In this document: piece after piece, positions 20,096-31,005 of the stretch
How positions within the stretch are numbered: the stretch's first letter is position 1
Layout: each line of letters opens with the position of its first letter
Assembly (NCBI GenBank): GCA_964597145.1
Contig: CAZQWH010000001.1
Span: forward strand, 102,441-166,440
Reading direction: 5' to 3'
DNA: 64,000 nucleotides
Origin: an uncultured Candidatus Saccharibacteria bacterium
GTDB lineage: Bacteria > Patescibacteriota > CAZHWT01
The notes under the pieces: generated by a model
Told to the model about the DNA's origin: nothing
Seen by the model: only the letters and a program-made list of their open reading frames with translations
The model's database searches: none
Position numbers and translations under genes: made by a program

Positions 20096-21928
20096 ATGCT
20101 CACAAGTGAAACAGTACTGCACAATTATTTTGGGTACGAATCTTTTCGTCCGCATCAGCGCGAAGCGGTGGAGGCAGTTTTGCGGGGTCAGGACGCATTT
20201 ATTCTCATGCCAACCGGTGGCGGTAAATCGTTATGCTACGCTATACCAAGCATCATCATGCCAGGAGTAACTATTGTTGTATCGCCATTAATATCTCTTA
20301 TGAAAGATCAGGTAGACTCTTTGCGTCACAATGGTATAACCGCCGCATATATAAATAGCAGTCTCAGTCAATCCGCTCAGCAGCATATTATTCATCAATT
20401 AAAACAAGGTGAGCTATCCATGCTTTATGTTGCTCCTGAAAGGTTAGTACAGCCACAATTTGTTGAGTTGCTAAGCCAGATTAAACTCAACTTCTTTGCT
20501 ATAGATGAAGCTCATTGTATTTCACAATGGGGCCACGATTTTCGACCAGAGTATCGGCGATTGTCTCTAGTGCGTCATCACTTTAAAAATAAGCCAATTA
20601 TGGCCTTAACCGCCACTGCTACCAATCGGGTAAAGCACGATATTGTGCAGCAGCTCGAGCTGCAATCCCCTCAAACCCTTGTCTCTAGCTTTTTCCGGCC
20701 CAATCTGCAGTACGCGGTTGAGCCCAAACAACAAGTTAAGCAAACTATTCGCGATTATATTACGAAACGGCCAAATCAATCCGGAATTGTCTATTGTCAA
20801 TCGCGAAATGGCGTAGAAAGACTGGCCGAATATTTGCAAAGCCATGGAATTAAGGCCAGCACCTATCATGCCGGCTTATCCGATGTAGACCGGATGGCGC
20901 ATCAGGAACTTTTTAAAGCCGATGAAGTCCAAGTAATAGTGGCAACCGTTGCCTTTGGTATGGGAATTGATAAGTCCAACATCCGGTTCATCTTGCATGA
21001 AAGCGCACCACGTAGCTTGGAGCACTACTATCAAGAAACCGGTCGCGCTGGTCGAGATGGCAATCCAAGCCAGTGCGTGTTGTACTTTAGCTCAGGTAAT
21101 TTGCAACTCTATCGTCAGTTTAATCAAAATTTGCCAGCCGAAGAGCAAGCCGTAGCCAATCAAAAATTAAACGTAGTCCAGCGCTATGCCTTATCTGCGA
21201 CCTGCCGGCATTATCAGCTATTGCACTATTTTAACGAGGAGCGACTCGAGGCATCGTGCCAATCCTGTGACAATTGCCTCCACCCACGCCAAATGTTTGA
21301 TGCAACAAAACTGGGCCAAAAGATATTCTCATGCATTGCCCGGCTCGAGCAACCATTCTCGCCAACCTATATAACCAATATTCTCACAGGAAAAACAGAC
21401 GACAACATCCAGCGCCGAAAACATCATCAACTATCCGTGTTTGGCATCATTACCGATTACCAGCCAGCTCAACTTCGCCAGATCATCTTAGAGTTGTCCG
21501 ATCAAGGTTACGTAACAATTGATGCCAATCATTACAACGCCGTATCGTTAACATTACGAGGTGTGCAAGCGTTGAAAGGCCAACACAACATTGAATTATC
21601 AGATCTTTATCTGCCTAAAAAACGCAAGATTAAGCCAGCACCCATAGCAGCTCGCGCTGCCGCAGCTTCATCTAACCAACAGCCGGTCCATGACCAGCTA
21701 TTTGAGCAATTGCGTAAATTGCGTAAGCAGATTGCCTCCGAAGAAGGCATGCCTCCGTATATTATCTTTGCCGATACCAGTCTGACCGATATGGCCGTAC
21801 AGTGTCCCACCACTTTAGCTGAGTTCGCCAATATTTACGGGGTTGGGCAACAAAAGCTCGACAAGTATGGTCGGCAGTTTGTGCGAGTCATTAATCAATA
21901 CTGCCAGGCAGCTCAGGCCACTAGATAA
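20096..21928 (+). CDS. recQ: ATP-dependent DNA helicase RecQ
   Basis: MPTGGGKSLCY, DEAHCISQWGHDFRPEY, QETGRAGRDG; Zn-binding RQC and HRDC domains. Confidence 0.97.
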   Translation: MLTSETVLHNYFGYESFRPHQREAVEAVLRGQDAFILMPTGGGKSLCYAIPSIIMPGVTIVVSPLISLMKDQVDSLRHNGITAAYINSSLSQSAQQHIIHQLKQGELSMLYVAPERLVQPQFVELLSQIKLNFFAIDEAHCISQWGHDFRPEYRRLSLVRHHFKNKPIMALTATATNRVKHDIVQQLELQSPQTLVSSFFRPNLQYAVEPKQQVKQTIRDYITKRPNQSGIVYCQSRNGVERLAEYLQSHGIKASTYHAGLSDVDRMAHQELFKADEVQVIVATVAFGMGIDKSNIRFILHESAPRSLEHYYQETGRAGRDGNPSQCVLYFSSGNLQLYRQFNQNLPAEEQAVANQKLNVVQRYALSATCRHYQLLHYFNEERLEASCQSCDNCLHPRQMFDATKLGQKIFSCIARLEQPFSPTYITNILTGKTDDNIQRRKHHQLSVFGIITDYQPAQLRQIILELSDQGYVTIDANHYNAVSLTLRGVQALKGQHNIELSDLYLPKKRKIKPAPIAARAAAASSNQQPVHDQLFEQLRKLRKQIASEEGMPPYIIFADTSLTDMAVQCPTTLAEFANIYGVGQQKLDKYGRQFVRVINQYCQAAQATR

Positions 21929-22044
21929 GCCATATGATCCAAAACTCAGACGAATAATATCTACTTGACAGGCAATCAAAATGGGCGTAATTTAACACAG
22001 TTAAATTACGAATTCTTGTTGACTACAAGGGCAAATTCCAACCT

Positions 22045-23811
22045 ATGGCAAAAAAATCATCAACAACTTCCTCCCCCTCACCAAAACCAGCTTCGGGACC
22101 CAATATTTTCTCGCTCTTAAAACCATACCGGTGGGTGGTACTTGGTTTAGCCATGCTGACCATTGCTGGTAACGCCCTAACCTTATGGGCACCAAAAATT
22201 ATTTCTAAAGCCATAGATGCGTACCTACAACAAACGCTAGCCCTACCCACTATTGCTTGGGAATTGGGCCTGCTTGGGTTTGGCGTGTTTCTATTGGTTT
22301 ATCTTCAGAATATTGTCCAAGTTTTATTATCAGAAAAAGTTGCTCGAGATTTGAGAACCAAAGTCGCCAATCAGATTTCCCAACAGGATTTTACTTATAT
22401 TCAAACCGTTACCTCGAGCCGTCTCTTAACCAGTCTTACTTCAGATATAGATGCGATCAAAAGCTTTGTCGCCCAAGGGGTATCCCAACTAATTTCCTCG
22501 ATAGTATTAATTGTTGGTGCCAGTGTACTGTTGTTGCTCACAGATTGGAAATTAGGTATAGCCGTACTCATGATTGTACCAATTATCGGTGGTTTTTTTG
22601 CCATTTCACTCAACCGAGTCAAAGCCTACTTTTTGCAAAGTCGTGAAGTAGTAGATCGCCTTAATCGAGTTATAAACGAAAGCATTCTTGGGGCAGCCTT
22701 AGTGAGAGTATTGCACATTCAATATGATGAACAGGCTAAATTTAATCAAACCAATGCGCAAGCCCGGGATCTGGGGCTTAAAATTGTTGGAATCTTTGCT
22801 AGTTTAATCCCGTTTATCGGCTTTGTAGCCAACATGGCCACTCTCGTTATTGTTGGGCTGGGTGGCCATTTTGTGATAAGCGGCGAGCTGTCTTTGGGCG
22901 ATTTTGCCGCCTTTAATTCGTACATTGGCATCCTCATTTTCCCCATCATTGTTTTAGGCTTTATTAGTAATATGATCGCTCAAGCCAGCGCCTCTTATGG
23001 TCGGGTAATGCAGGTATTAACTGCCCCTCAACCAACCGTTACTGGCACAATCGACACCAAGCTTGGTGGAGGGGTTGAGGTAAAACATCTCACTCTGACC
23101 TATGGCGAAAAGTCGGTACTTTCTCACATCTCATTTTCACTCAAGCCAGGCAGTCGCACTGCCATTATTGGCCCAACCGCAGCCGGTAAAACCCAATTGC
23201 TCTATACCATGATGGGATTGTTGCAACCAACCGAGGGTCAAATCTTATTTGACCATCAACCACTTGCCAACTATAACCCCGAGTCACTCTACCGCCAAAT
23301 GGGCATTGTCTTTCAGGACAGCGTCACCTTTAATATGTCTATTCGGGAGAATATTGCTTTTAATACCCAGGTTTCGGACCAAGATATAGCCAAAGCTATC
23401 GAAACCGCTGAACTGCAAACCTTCATCAACTCACTGCCGCGTGGCTTAGAGACAGTTTTGTCCGAGCGAGGTACAAGTTTATCTGGAGGGCAAAAGCAGC
23501 GCCTAATGTTGGCCCGGGCTCTAGCCCTTAACCCCGCCATATTGTTGCTCGACGACTTTACTGCGCGGGTTGATACTGCCACCGAAGCCCGGATTTTAGC
23601 CAATCTTCAGGCTAATTACCCTGGCTTAACCCTGGTCTCGATCACCCAGAAAATTGGCTCTATTACCGACTACGACCAAGTCTTGCTTCTTATGGAAGGC
23701 GAACTTTTGGCTGTTGGCACCCACCAGCAATTATTAAAGAAATCGCCCGAGTACATGCAAATCTTTGCTTCGCAACAGAGCACCAATGCCTATGAATTAC
23801 ACCCTGAGTAA
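22045..23811 (+). CDS. ABC exporter half-transporter (TMD+NBD, degenerate-site subunit)
   Basis: GPTAAGKT, LSGGQ, LLLDDF (Asp for catalytic Glu), Gln for switch His. Confidence 0.93.
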   Translation: MAKKSSTTSSPSPKPASGPNIFSLLKPYRWVVLGLAMLTIAGNALTLWAPKIISKAIDAYLQQTLALPTIAWELGLLGFGVFLLVYLQNIVQVLLSEKVARDLRTKVANQISQQDFTYIQTVTSSRLLTSLTSDIDAIKSFVAQGVSQLISSIVLIVGASVLLLLTDWKLGIAVLMIVPIIGGFFAISLNRVKAYFLQSREVVDRLNRVINESILGAALVRVLHIQYDEQAKFNQTNAQARDLGLKIVGIFASLIPFIGFVANMATLVIVGLGGHFVISGELSLGDFAAFNSYIGILIFPIIVLGFISNMIAQASASYGRVMQVLTAPQPTVTGTIDTKLGGGVEVKHLTLTYGEKSVLSHISFSLKPGSRTAIIGPTAAGKTQLLYTMMGLLQPTEGQILFDHQPLANYNPESLYRQMGIVFQDSVTFNMSIRENIAFNTQVSDQDIAKAIETAELQTFINSLPRGLETVLSERGTSLSGGQKQRLMLARALALNPAILLLDDFTARVDTATEARILANLQANYPGLTLVSITQKIGSITDYDQVLLLMEGELLAVGTHQQLLKKSPEYMQIFASQQSTNAYELHPE

Positions 23812-25558
23812 CGCTCAAAACCAAATTAAGCTACAGGCTAAAACCTGGAAGTCGGTCAAAAAGATCTGGCCCTACATGCGCTCAGAAAAAATCTGGCTAG
23901 TGGTGTCGCTTGTGGCCATTTTGGCAAACTCTGGCCTAACCATTTGGGCACCAATCGTCACCGGACAGATTGTTGACCAATCAATTTTGACGCGGGATTG
24001 GCCAGCGGTGGTTCAGGGCTTAATTCTGCTGGTATCCATTTTTATAGCGACCGCCGTCAGTGGATTTGTGCAGACTCGAGTTATGGGAGCGGTCGGCCAG
24101 CGGATTCTATTCCGCTTGCGTGATGCCGTATTTAGCAAGTTGCAAGACATGCCAGTCGCCTTTTTTAACCAAAACAAAGCCGGCGATTTAATTTCTCGAA
24201 TTAACAATGACACCGAGAAGCTTAATCAGTTTTTCTCCCAAGCCTTAATGCAATTTATTGGTAACGTCTTTGTCATTGTTGGCGCAGGAGTGGCTATGAT
24301 CTGGGTAAATAACCGCCTAGGTCTAGCCTCTATGGTGCCAGCTGCCCTATTACTACTGCTAATTGTTGCAACTTCTAGCTGGATTAAACGAACTAGTTTT
24401 GGCAGTATGCAGGCCATGGGCGGTCTTAGCTCAGAAATTCAAGAAAGTTTAGAGAACTTTAAAGTTATTATTGCCTTTAATCGACGTGATTATTTTCGTC
24501 ATCGGTTTCTCATGGCTAACACGGCTAACTACCATAAAGCCGTCACCGCCGGAATTGCCGGTATTACCTATACTCCAGCTTTTGGCTGGGCTACCAACCT
24601 AGGACAACTGATTGTCGTAGTCTACGGGCTATATTTAATCTCAGTTGGCAATTTGACCTTCGGTTTACTTATTAGCTACTTGGCTTACGTGGCTCGGTTC
24701 TACTCACCATTGCAGCAGCTGGCGTCCATTTGGCCCAATTTTCAAATGGCCTTAGCTGGCTGGGATCGGATTTCAGAAATTTTAGCTCTACAATCGGACC
24801 TAGTTACGATAGATAGCCTTAAAACTAAGCCACGTCCAAACCAAGCTGCTATTGTGTTAAAAAACGTATCTTTTAGCTACACCCCAGAACATAAAGTACT
24901 CCATGCAGTTAATATATCGATGGAGTCGGGCAAAACCTACGCCTTGGTTGGCCCAACTGGTGGAGGCAAAACCACCACGGCTTCGTTAATCGCCAGATTA
25001 TTCGATCCAACTAAAGGCAAGGTGTTGTTGCACGGTAAAGATATCCGCAGCTACACCGACCAGGAGCGAACCAACAAAATTGGCTTTATTCTTCAAGACC
25101 CCTTCTTATTTGGCGGCACGGTGCGGGATAATATTTTGTATGGTAATCGACAATTACAGGCCCTCTCAGCTAAAGATTTAGCCGCCCTGCTAAGTAGGGA
25201 AGGGCTCGATGAAATTCTCCAGCGGTTCGATAAAGGCCTCGATACCATGGTGACCACTGGAGAATCTATGAGTCTCGGTCAAAAACAATTAATTGCCTTT
25301 GTTCGGGCTGTGTTGCGTCATCCAGATATCTTAATTCTAGATGAGGCCACTGCCAATGTTGATACCGTAACCGAAAAGTTATTAGAAAAAGTCTTGCAAC
25401 GGTTGCCCCAGCACACCACGCAAATTGTGATTGCTCACCGTTTAAACACTATTGCCAATGCCGACGAGATTTTCTTCGTCAATAACGGCACCGTCACCGC
25501 TGCTGGATCGCTCGACCACGCCGTTAAACTGCTCCAAGCCGAAGTCCACCAAAGTTAA
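23792..25558 (+). CDS. ABC exporter half-transporter (consensus-site subunit of heterodimer)
   Basis: GPTGGGKT, MSLGQ, LDEAT, IAHRL; overlaps the partner gene. Confidence 0.93.
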   Translation: MNYTLSNAQNQIKLQAKTWKSVKKIWPYMRSEKIWLVVSLVAILANSGLTIWAPIVTGQIVDQSILTRDWPAVVQGLILLVSIFIATAVSGFVQTRVMGAVGQRILFRLRDAVFSKLQDMPVAFFNQNKAGDLISRINNDTEKLNQFFSQALMQFIGNVFVIVGAGVAMIWVNNRLGLASMVPAALLLLLIVATSSWIKRTSFGSMQAMGGLSSEIQESLENFKVIIAFNRRDYFRHRFLMANTANYHKAVTAGIAGITYTPAFGWATNLGQLIVVVYGLYLISVGNLTFGLLISYLAYVARFYSPLQQLASIWPNFQMALAGWDRISEILALQSDLVTIDSLKTKPRPNQAAIVLKNVSFSYTPEHKVLHAVNISMESGKTYALVGPTGGGKTTTASLIARLFDPTKGKVLLHGKDIRSYTDQERTNKIGFILQDPFLFGGTVRDNILYGNRQLQALSAKDLAALLSREGLDEILQRFDKGLDTMVTTGESMSLGQKQLIAFVRAVLRHPDILILDEATANVDTVTEKLLEKVLQRLPQHTTQIVIAHRLNTIANADEIFFVNNGTVTAAGSLDHAVKLLQAEVHQS

Positions 25559-25884
25559 ATGCGTAGTCTTTTCGTATAGCAACCAAGCAAATCGTAACCA
25601 GCCAGATTGACAAGCAAGAGTAGACTATCAATTAGTATAGACAGGCAGTAAATAATACAACCAAAACCGCATCGGGCGGCATAAGGCGCAAGGTAAGCGT
25701 ATGTTTAACCGTAAACAGTCTCAGAAAGATGGTAGGTGGCAATTAGGCTAGGTGTATTTCGAGACCAAAATAACCTACCCTAGCCAGGGCAATCCTCACT
25801 ATAAACTTAATACTACTAACTGCCTACGGTTAGACGGCATCCAACGTTAGCTTTACGGCCAGTATCGATAGTCTCGATAAGGTA

Positions 25885-26352
25885 TTAAAAGTCGGCAATC
25901 ACAATTTTTTTCATTTGCATCATCTTGGCAAAGCCACCTGGCTTAGCTGTCAGCTCGTTCATATTGGCGGGTACCACCTGCCATGATAAGCCATACTTGT
26001 CTTTGCACCAGCCACAGACTTCCGACTCAGGAACAGCAGAGAGCTTGCTCCAATAATAGTCAATCTCTTCCTGGTCTCTGCAGCTAATAGAGAATGAGAC
26101 AGATTCGTTAAATTTAAACTCCGATCCGGCATTAATAGCCACAAATCTAACTCCATCTAGCTCATATTCCAGAGAAAGTTCTTTACCAGCAAACTCTTGC
26201 TGAAAATCGGCTAAGCCTTCTTCCTGGCTTTTGGGGTAATAATCGGTTTTGGTAATTTTACTATTGGGGAACACCGAGACATAAAAGTCCACAGCTTCTT
26301 TGGCAACTTTATTAAACCATAGATTAGGGGTTATCTTTTGGGTAATAGGCAT
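25885..26352 (-). CDS. VOC/PhnB-like (3-demethylubiquinone-9 3-methyltransferase family) protein
   Basis: KITPNLWF, FKFNESVSF, CGWCKDKYGLSWQVVP. Confidence 0.92.
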   Translation of the reverse strand: MPITQKITPNLWFNKVAKEAVDFYVSVFPNSKITKTDYYPKSQEEGLADFQQEFAGKELSLEYELDGVRFVAINAGSEFKFNESVSFSISCRDQEEIDYYWSKLSAVPESEVCGWCKDKYGLSWQVVPANMNELTAKPGGFAKMMQMKKIVIADF

Positions 26353-26621
26353 AATAGAACCTCCTTATTACAGTAAGTTATGACAATATTAGATTGCGGT
26401 TGATTGGCTGCTAAGGGTATATGGCGATTAATGTATGTACAACGTCAAGTATACATAGTCTATCGTAATTTATCCATTCAAGTGCAACCGTAGGTACCGT
26501 TTTTTACCATATGGAGATCAAGTTGCCGACTAGTATTTTACGCTTGCTTGATTTTTATCATTTCAGTAGGCATACTAAAGCCAGGTTATGTGTTACTGAA
26601 ATAACACCACAAGGAGGCTAT

Positions 26622-27704
26622 ATGCCAGACGAAAATCGGCCAGATCCGGAGAATAATCCCCAACCGATTCCTCAGGCGGAGGCTCAGCCGGTTGGTGTAG
26701 CGCAACCGCAACCTCAACCAGCCTCCACCCAATTACCGCCATCAGTAGCGACTGATAACAACCCAGATGTGCGACCAACGTCAAGGTGGTATCTCAGAAA
26801 GGTATTCCTGACGCCGGTAATTGCTCTGGTGCTAATCGGAGCAGGGTTATTTGCCGGGTGGCAGTACGTTAAAGCCCAACCACAATATTCAATGTATAAA
26901 ATTTATGAGGCAATTAATAACCGGGACTATACGACATTTAAACAATATGTAGATATGGAAAGTGTGATCGATACAGCCTTGGCAGAATCAATGGAGGCGA
27001 ATAAGTCGGGGGCTGACAGTGAGCTTGCTCAAGCTTTTATCTCTTTGTTGATGCCAGCCATGAAAGACGCAGCTAACACCGCAATTAAAAAGAGTGTAGA
27101 GTCTGGAGAGTTTCAACAAGAGTTTGCCCAAGATGGCATTATGGGATATGCCACTGCTAAAGTGGTGAGAAATGGCAAGGTGGCAACAATAACGTTGACT
27201 TCGGATAAAAAATCGACCGACTATAAAATGCGTGATATGGGTGGCTACTGGCAAATTTTTGAAATGGAGCTAGATAAGTCTACATTTGCCTCAATGGGCA
27301 AAGAAACTGAAGCAAAGACAATTAACGCGACGTTTGGTAAAAGGCAGTCAATCGGCGATGATTGGTTTATGACCGTTGGGGTGCCCCAAGTCTATCAGTC
27401 AACCAATGAATTTAGCCAGCCACAGACGGGCCATAAATATATGGCGGCACAAGTGCTATTCGAAAACACCTCATCCACTCCCAGCAGCTATTCGGTTTTC
27501 GACTTTAAACTCAAAGACACACACAATCAATCATTTAATCCTACTTACTTTGGCGGTAAAGAGCCAGAGTTGAGTAGCGGTGGTAACACAGTAGAGCCAG
27601 GCGGTAAGGAGCAAGGGTATATAACATTCGATGTGCTTGAAGATTCAAGCGTTCAATCGGTTATTTACTCTAGCGGAGAGGTAACGGTAGTTATTTCGGA
27701 ATAA
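26622..27704 (+). CDS. Membrane-anchored protein, DUF2939-like N-domain plus DUF4352-like Ig domain
   Basis: AAGGAGG RBS; TM helix; FKQYVDMESV; FKLKD...VEPGGKEQGYITFDV. Confidence 0.7.
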   Translation: MPDENRPDPENNPQPIPQAEAQPVGVAQPQPQPASTQLPPSVATDNNPDVRPTSRWYLRKVFLTPVIALVLIGAGLFAGWQYVKAQPQYSMYKIYEAINNRDYTTFKQYVDMESVIDTALAESMEANKSGADSELAQAFISLLMPAMKDAANTAIKKSVESGEFQQEFAQDGIMGYATAKVVRNGKVATITLTSDKKSTDYKMRDMGGYWQIFEMELDKSTFASMGKETEAKTINATFGKRQSIGDDWFMTVGVPQVYQSTNEFSQPQTGHKYMAAQVLFENTSSTPSSYSVFDFKLKDTHNQSFNPTYFGGKEPELSSGGNTVEPGGKEQGYITFDVLEDSSVQSVIYSSGEVTVVISE

Positions 27705-27822
27705 ACGTCAGTACTATCAGTACCAACTCTGGCAGTAGCACCTACAGTATTCCAGGCTCCACCGTATAATCTGGAATGACAAAAAGGTATGGAGCAGGGA
27801 AGACCCCGATCTAATCTGGGTT

Positions 27823-27956
27823 GATCGCCACGCGGTTGCTTTCGCCAGAGGTGGACAGGCGTGATGACAGGAGGGATTCGAAAATCGTATATCAGGTTTT
27901 AGGTTTGGTGTTTCTGATTTCGAGCTTCTGAGTTGTTTCGAATTTCGTATTTAATC
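27823..27956 (-). repeat. Dispersed composite repeat X (REP unit plus heptamer-like tract)
   Basis: Reverse complement closely matches 35782-35935. Confidence 0.8.
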
Positions 27957-28079
27957 TTACAGTAATCCGATCTCTCATCTCCCACCTCCTATCTAACCTA
28001 CTCCGTTCTGGTATAATACCCATACACATACCCACCTCCTTGGTGGGTTTTGTCGAATCTTAGTGGGAGAGCGTACAGC

Positions 28080-28379
28080 ATGGACATCGAAAATCTGGAT
28101 TGGAACAAACGCGAGATGCAACAAGTATTACTCGGTCTATCGAGGTCAACCAATGCAGCCGGGCAACTACGCTTGTTCGACTCGCATTCACGCGCCCGAT
28201 TACAATCCCGACTAGACACAACCATCGCCTGGATGAGTGTTTTAGGCTTTGCCGCCGAGGCCAGCCAAATTGATAAAGTGGTGGGGATGGCTATTAGTCC
28301 AGTCTGGCGGGTGGTAATTTCTTATCACTACGAGCCGTACCACTTTCAGCAACTACCGCTCCCTGGCCCTTCGCTCTGA
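28080..28379 (+). CDS. Hypothetical protein (ORFan)
   Basis: TGG-TATAAT at ~28008, GGAG RBS. Confidence 0.55.
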   Translation: MDIENLDWNKREMQQVLLGLSRSTNAAGQLRLFDSHSRARLQSRLDTTIAWMSVLGFAAEASQIDKVVGMAISPVWRVVISYHYEPYHFQQLPLPGPSL

Positions 28380-28455
28380 AGGGCCAAACTTTTTACCTAA
28401 CTTCCATTTCTGCTATAATTGGCCCGGCAATTTTGCACTCAACAGGAGATAGGCA

Positions 28456-28869
28456 GTGACAAACCAAACTCGCAACCAAGAGGCTGTGTCTGTTCTTCGG
28501 TTCGCAGTTGAGCAGGCCCTGCTGCTGGTCATGCAAAGTGACCGCCTTGCCTCGGCTGGAGCCGAATTGGGTTGGAGAGATAATCAGCAGGTAGCCCAAC
28601 TCACCTGGAATAATCCGCAAGGAGTGGACTGTGTGATTAAAGTACAACTTGGTCTGCCAGAGCAGACATCCTTGCCCAATATACGTCAGGTAACCTTGGA
28701 GGCTTATTATTATGGCACCGACTACCAGATCCTAGAGAAGAATCCTCAGGTCATTCAAGCGTTTAGTGCCACAGGACTTGTCTTGTTGCCCGAGCTACTG
28801 CGCCTGGTCGCCGAAGCCGACCAATGGACCGATGAAGATCTGTCAGCCGATCTGGCTTTGAGCTATTAA
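28456..28869 (+). CDS. Hypothetical protein (ORFan)
   Basis: TGC-TATAAT, AGGAG RBS, GTG start; terminator at 28903. Confidence 0.65.
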   Translation: MTNQTRNQEAVSVLRFAVEQALLLVMQSDRLASAGAELGWRDNQQVAQLTWNNPQGVDCVIKVQLGLPEQTSLPNIRQVTLEAYYYGTDYQILEKNPQVIQAFSATGLVLLPELLRLVAEADQWTDEDLSADLALSY

Positions 28870-28902
28870 TATAAATAGCATCCAAAGCAATCTCACCTTT
28901 AT

Positions 28903-28928
28903 ACCCCGCCCAAGTGGCGGGGTTTTTA
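28903..28928 (+). terminator. CCCCGCC/GGCGGGG-family terminator
   Basis: accccgcc-caagt-ggcggggt-tttt. Confidence 0.8.
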
Positions 28929-28980
28929 GCTAGTAATGCTCCATTGTATTGGATTAATCAGTACCTGATATAATAAAGGC

Positions 28981-29514
28981 ATGAATAATTTTGCCTCCCA
29001 AATCCTCTTAAATCAACTCAAAGCTGCCCATGAAGTCCTCGAGCAAACTATGGACGGTGTGACTAACGAAGTGGCTCATTTTATGCCAGCCGGGAAAGCC
29101 AATCCGATTGCCGGAACCTATGCCCATCTAGTCTTTTCCGAAGATATGTTTCTCCACACCTTTCTCACTAAAACGCCAGCCTTAATGGATGCTACCTATA
29201 AAGGCAAAACCGGGGCTAGCCAAGTCCAGCCAACCGACTGGGTAGAGGCCTACCCTAAATGGCTAAAGGAAGTAAAGCTCGACATGAATCAATTCCACCA
29301 GTACACTAAAGCAGTTTTTGCTGCCAGCGAAGAGTATGTCTCTAGCATAACCGACACAGATTTAGACCAGGAAGTAGATATGAGCGCTTATGGCATGGGT
29401 ACGCGAAAAGTTAGCGATTTTATTGCCAATTTAATCACCGCCCATGCCTGCTCTATTACTGGTGAAATAGCCGTGCTCAAAGGAATTCAGGGTTTGAAGG
29501 GATATCCGTTCTAA
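28981..29514 (+). CDS. DinB family protein
   Basis: NPIAGTYAHLVFSED and GEIAVLKGIQGLKG; leaderless start 6 nt after TATAAT. Confidence 0.8.
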   Translation: MNNFASQILLNQLKAAHEVLEQTMDGVTNEVAHFMPAGKANPIAGTYAHLVFSEDMFLHTFLTKTPALMDATYKGKTGASQVQPTDWVEAYPKWLKEVKLDMNQFHQYTKAVFAASEEYVSSITDTDLDQEVDMSAYGMGTRKVSDFIANLITAHACSITGEIAVLKGIQGLKGYPF

Positions 29515-29517
29515 GTC

Positions 29518-29802
29518 ATGCTCGCCAAGTATGGATTAAAGTTACTGTTAGGTGTGGGGGTGGCAGGCCTGGGATATGTAGTCCACTACCTGCTGTTCCA
29601 AGTACCCACCTTAAAGATCTTGGCTCAAGCAGCACATGGGGCGTATAATCCCCGTGGGATATATGCTTGGCCAATTATAATTAGTGTAGCTTCAATCCTA
29701 TTCATTGCGGTCGGATTGGGCAAAGTGCGATGGCAAAGGCCCAAGTTGCGGTTAACGCCAGCAGCCAAGAAATCGGCCATTGAGAATTGGCCAAAAATAT
29801 AA
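29518..29802 (+). CDS. Small membrane protein
   Basis: Two TM helices; 3 nt after the dinB-like stop. Confidence 0.55.
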   Translation: MLAKYGLKLLLGVGVAGLGYVVHYLLFQVPTLKILAQAAHGAYNPRGIYAWPIIISVASILFIAVGLGKVRWQRPKLRLTPAAKKSAIENWPKI

Positions 29803-29854
29803 GCGCTTCATGCAATATAAAAAACGCATGTATGCGGAAAGGGTAACCAAAAGT

Positions 29855-30040
29855 ATGGGATTTTTTGATTTTTTAAAACCAGCAGACCCAAAGGCAAAAG
29901 GGGCAGCAACAAGCAATGTTAAAGCTAAAAAACAAGACCAGAATAATGACGACTACGAGGAAATAACCAATAACATTGCCGAAGTCGTGACTGAAGATGA
30001 TTCTGATGATTACGATGATGATGGTGGTGGAGACGACTAA
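29855..30040 (+). CDS. Small protein with MGFFDFLK N-terminus and acidic tail
   Basis: 61 aa, Asp-rich C-terminus. Confidence 0.55.
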   Translation: MGFFDFLKPADPKAKGAATSNVKAKKQDQNNDDYEEITNNIAEVVTEDDSDDYDDDGGGDD

Positions 30041-30059
30041 AAAGCGCCATACTCGTCAC

Positions 30060-30581
30060 ATGTTAAACGACCAAGAGTTATTATTCACCGTCGACCACCA
30101 CAATCAACCCATCCAGCCTCAACCACGGTACCTGGTGCATCAGCATCAAATATGGCATCGAACAACCCATGTTTGGCTATACAACACCGATAAGCAAATA
30201 TTGTGCCAGCAACGATCTTTACTCAAAGATAAAAGTCCTGGCTTATGGGAACCATTTTTCGGTGGTCATTTGGCTCCCGGAGTGGAATATATTCAAGGCG
30301 CCTTGTTGGAACTGGGTGAAGAAATTGGAATTAAGCCACAGGCTAGCGATTTGCACCTGTATAAAGTGTACAAGCACCTCGTCAGCACCGAATTTCAGGG
30401 CGTGTTTCTGTATCAATGGGACGGAGAGCCCTCCACCTTAGTGCTGGAGCCAGATGAGGTGGAGCAGGTAAAACTTATGGCCTTAAATGATGTTTTAGTC
30501 GCTATGGAGCGCCAGGATGCCAATTGGTCGATTGCTGGCTATGCGGCTCAGATTCTGCGACACATCAGAGGTTTGGCCTAA
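30060..30581 (+). CDS. NUDIX hydrolase (IPP isomerase-like)
   Basis: WHRTTHVW, QQRSLLKDKSPGLWE, GGH..PG, ELGEEIGI, DEVEQ. Confidence 0.85.
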   Translation: MLNDQELLFTVDHHNQPIQPQPRYLVHQHQIWHRTTHVWLYNTDKQILCQQRSLLKDKSPGLWEPFFGGHLAPGVEYIQGALLELGEEIGIKPQASDLHLYKVYKHLVSTEFQGVFLYQWDGEPSTLVLEPDEVEQVKLMALNDVLVAMERQDANWSIAGYAAQILRHIRGLA

Positions 30582-30889
30582 TGGCCACCAGTAAAGAAAC
30601 GGCTGAATTTATACTAGATACACTAGGCGATCGGGCTACTTTTTCCGTGCGACCAATGTTTGGCGAATACTGTCTCTGTGCCAACCGTAAACCAGTCGGT
30701 TTTATTTGCGATGAAACCTTGTTTGTCAAAATTCTGCCGGCCAGCCAACCTCTGGCTCATCAATGCGAGCAAGGCTCGGCCTATCCTGGTTCCAAGCCCT
30801 ACTATATGGTGGATGAATCCCTCCTGCATCAACCCGAGCTCGGCCAAATCCTCCTATCCATTGCCGAATCTCTACCAGCCAAGAAATAG
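30581..30889 (+). CDS. TfoX/Sxy N-terminal domain protein
   Basis: RPMFGEY, GFICDETLFVK, AYPGSKPY. Confidence 0.88.
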   Translation: MATSKETAEFILDTLGDRATFSVRPMFGEYCLCANRKPVGFICDETLFVKILPASQPLAHQCEQGSAYPGSKPYYMVDESLLHQPELGQILLSIAESLPAKK

Positions 30890-30896
30890 TCAAATT

Positions 30897-31005
30897 TTGA
30901 CATATTTATTCCTGAAGAGTATAGTCAAAACGTAGGACAGCGGTTCGATGTGTCATCGGACGCCTAGTGCGGCTACGAATTATCTAATAATTCGGGCCGT
31001 TTTTT
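30897..31005 (+). promoter_or_regulatory. sigma70 promoter plus structured leader ending in an intrinsic terminator
   Basis: TTGACA-17-TATAGT (30897-30925); hairpin 30933-30966; terminator 30969-31005. Confidence 0.65.
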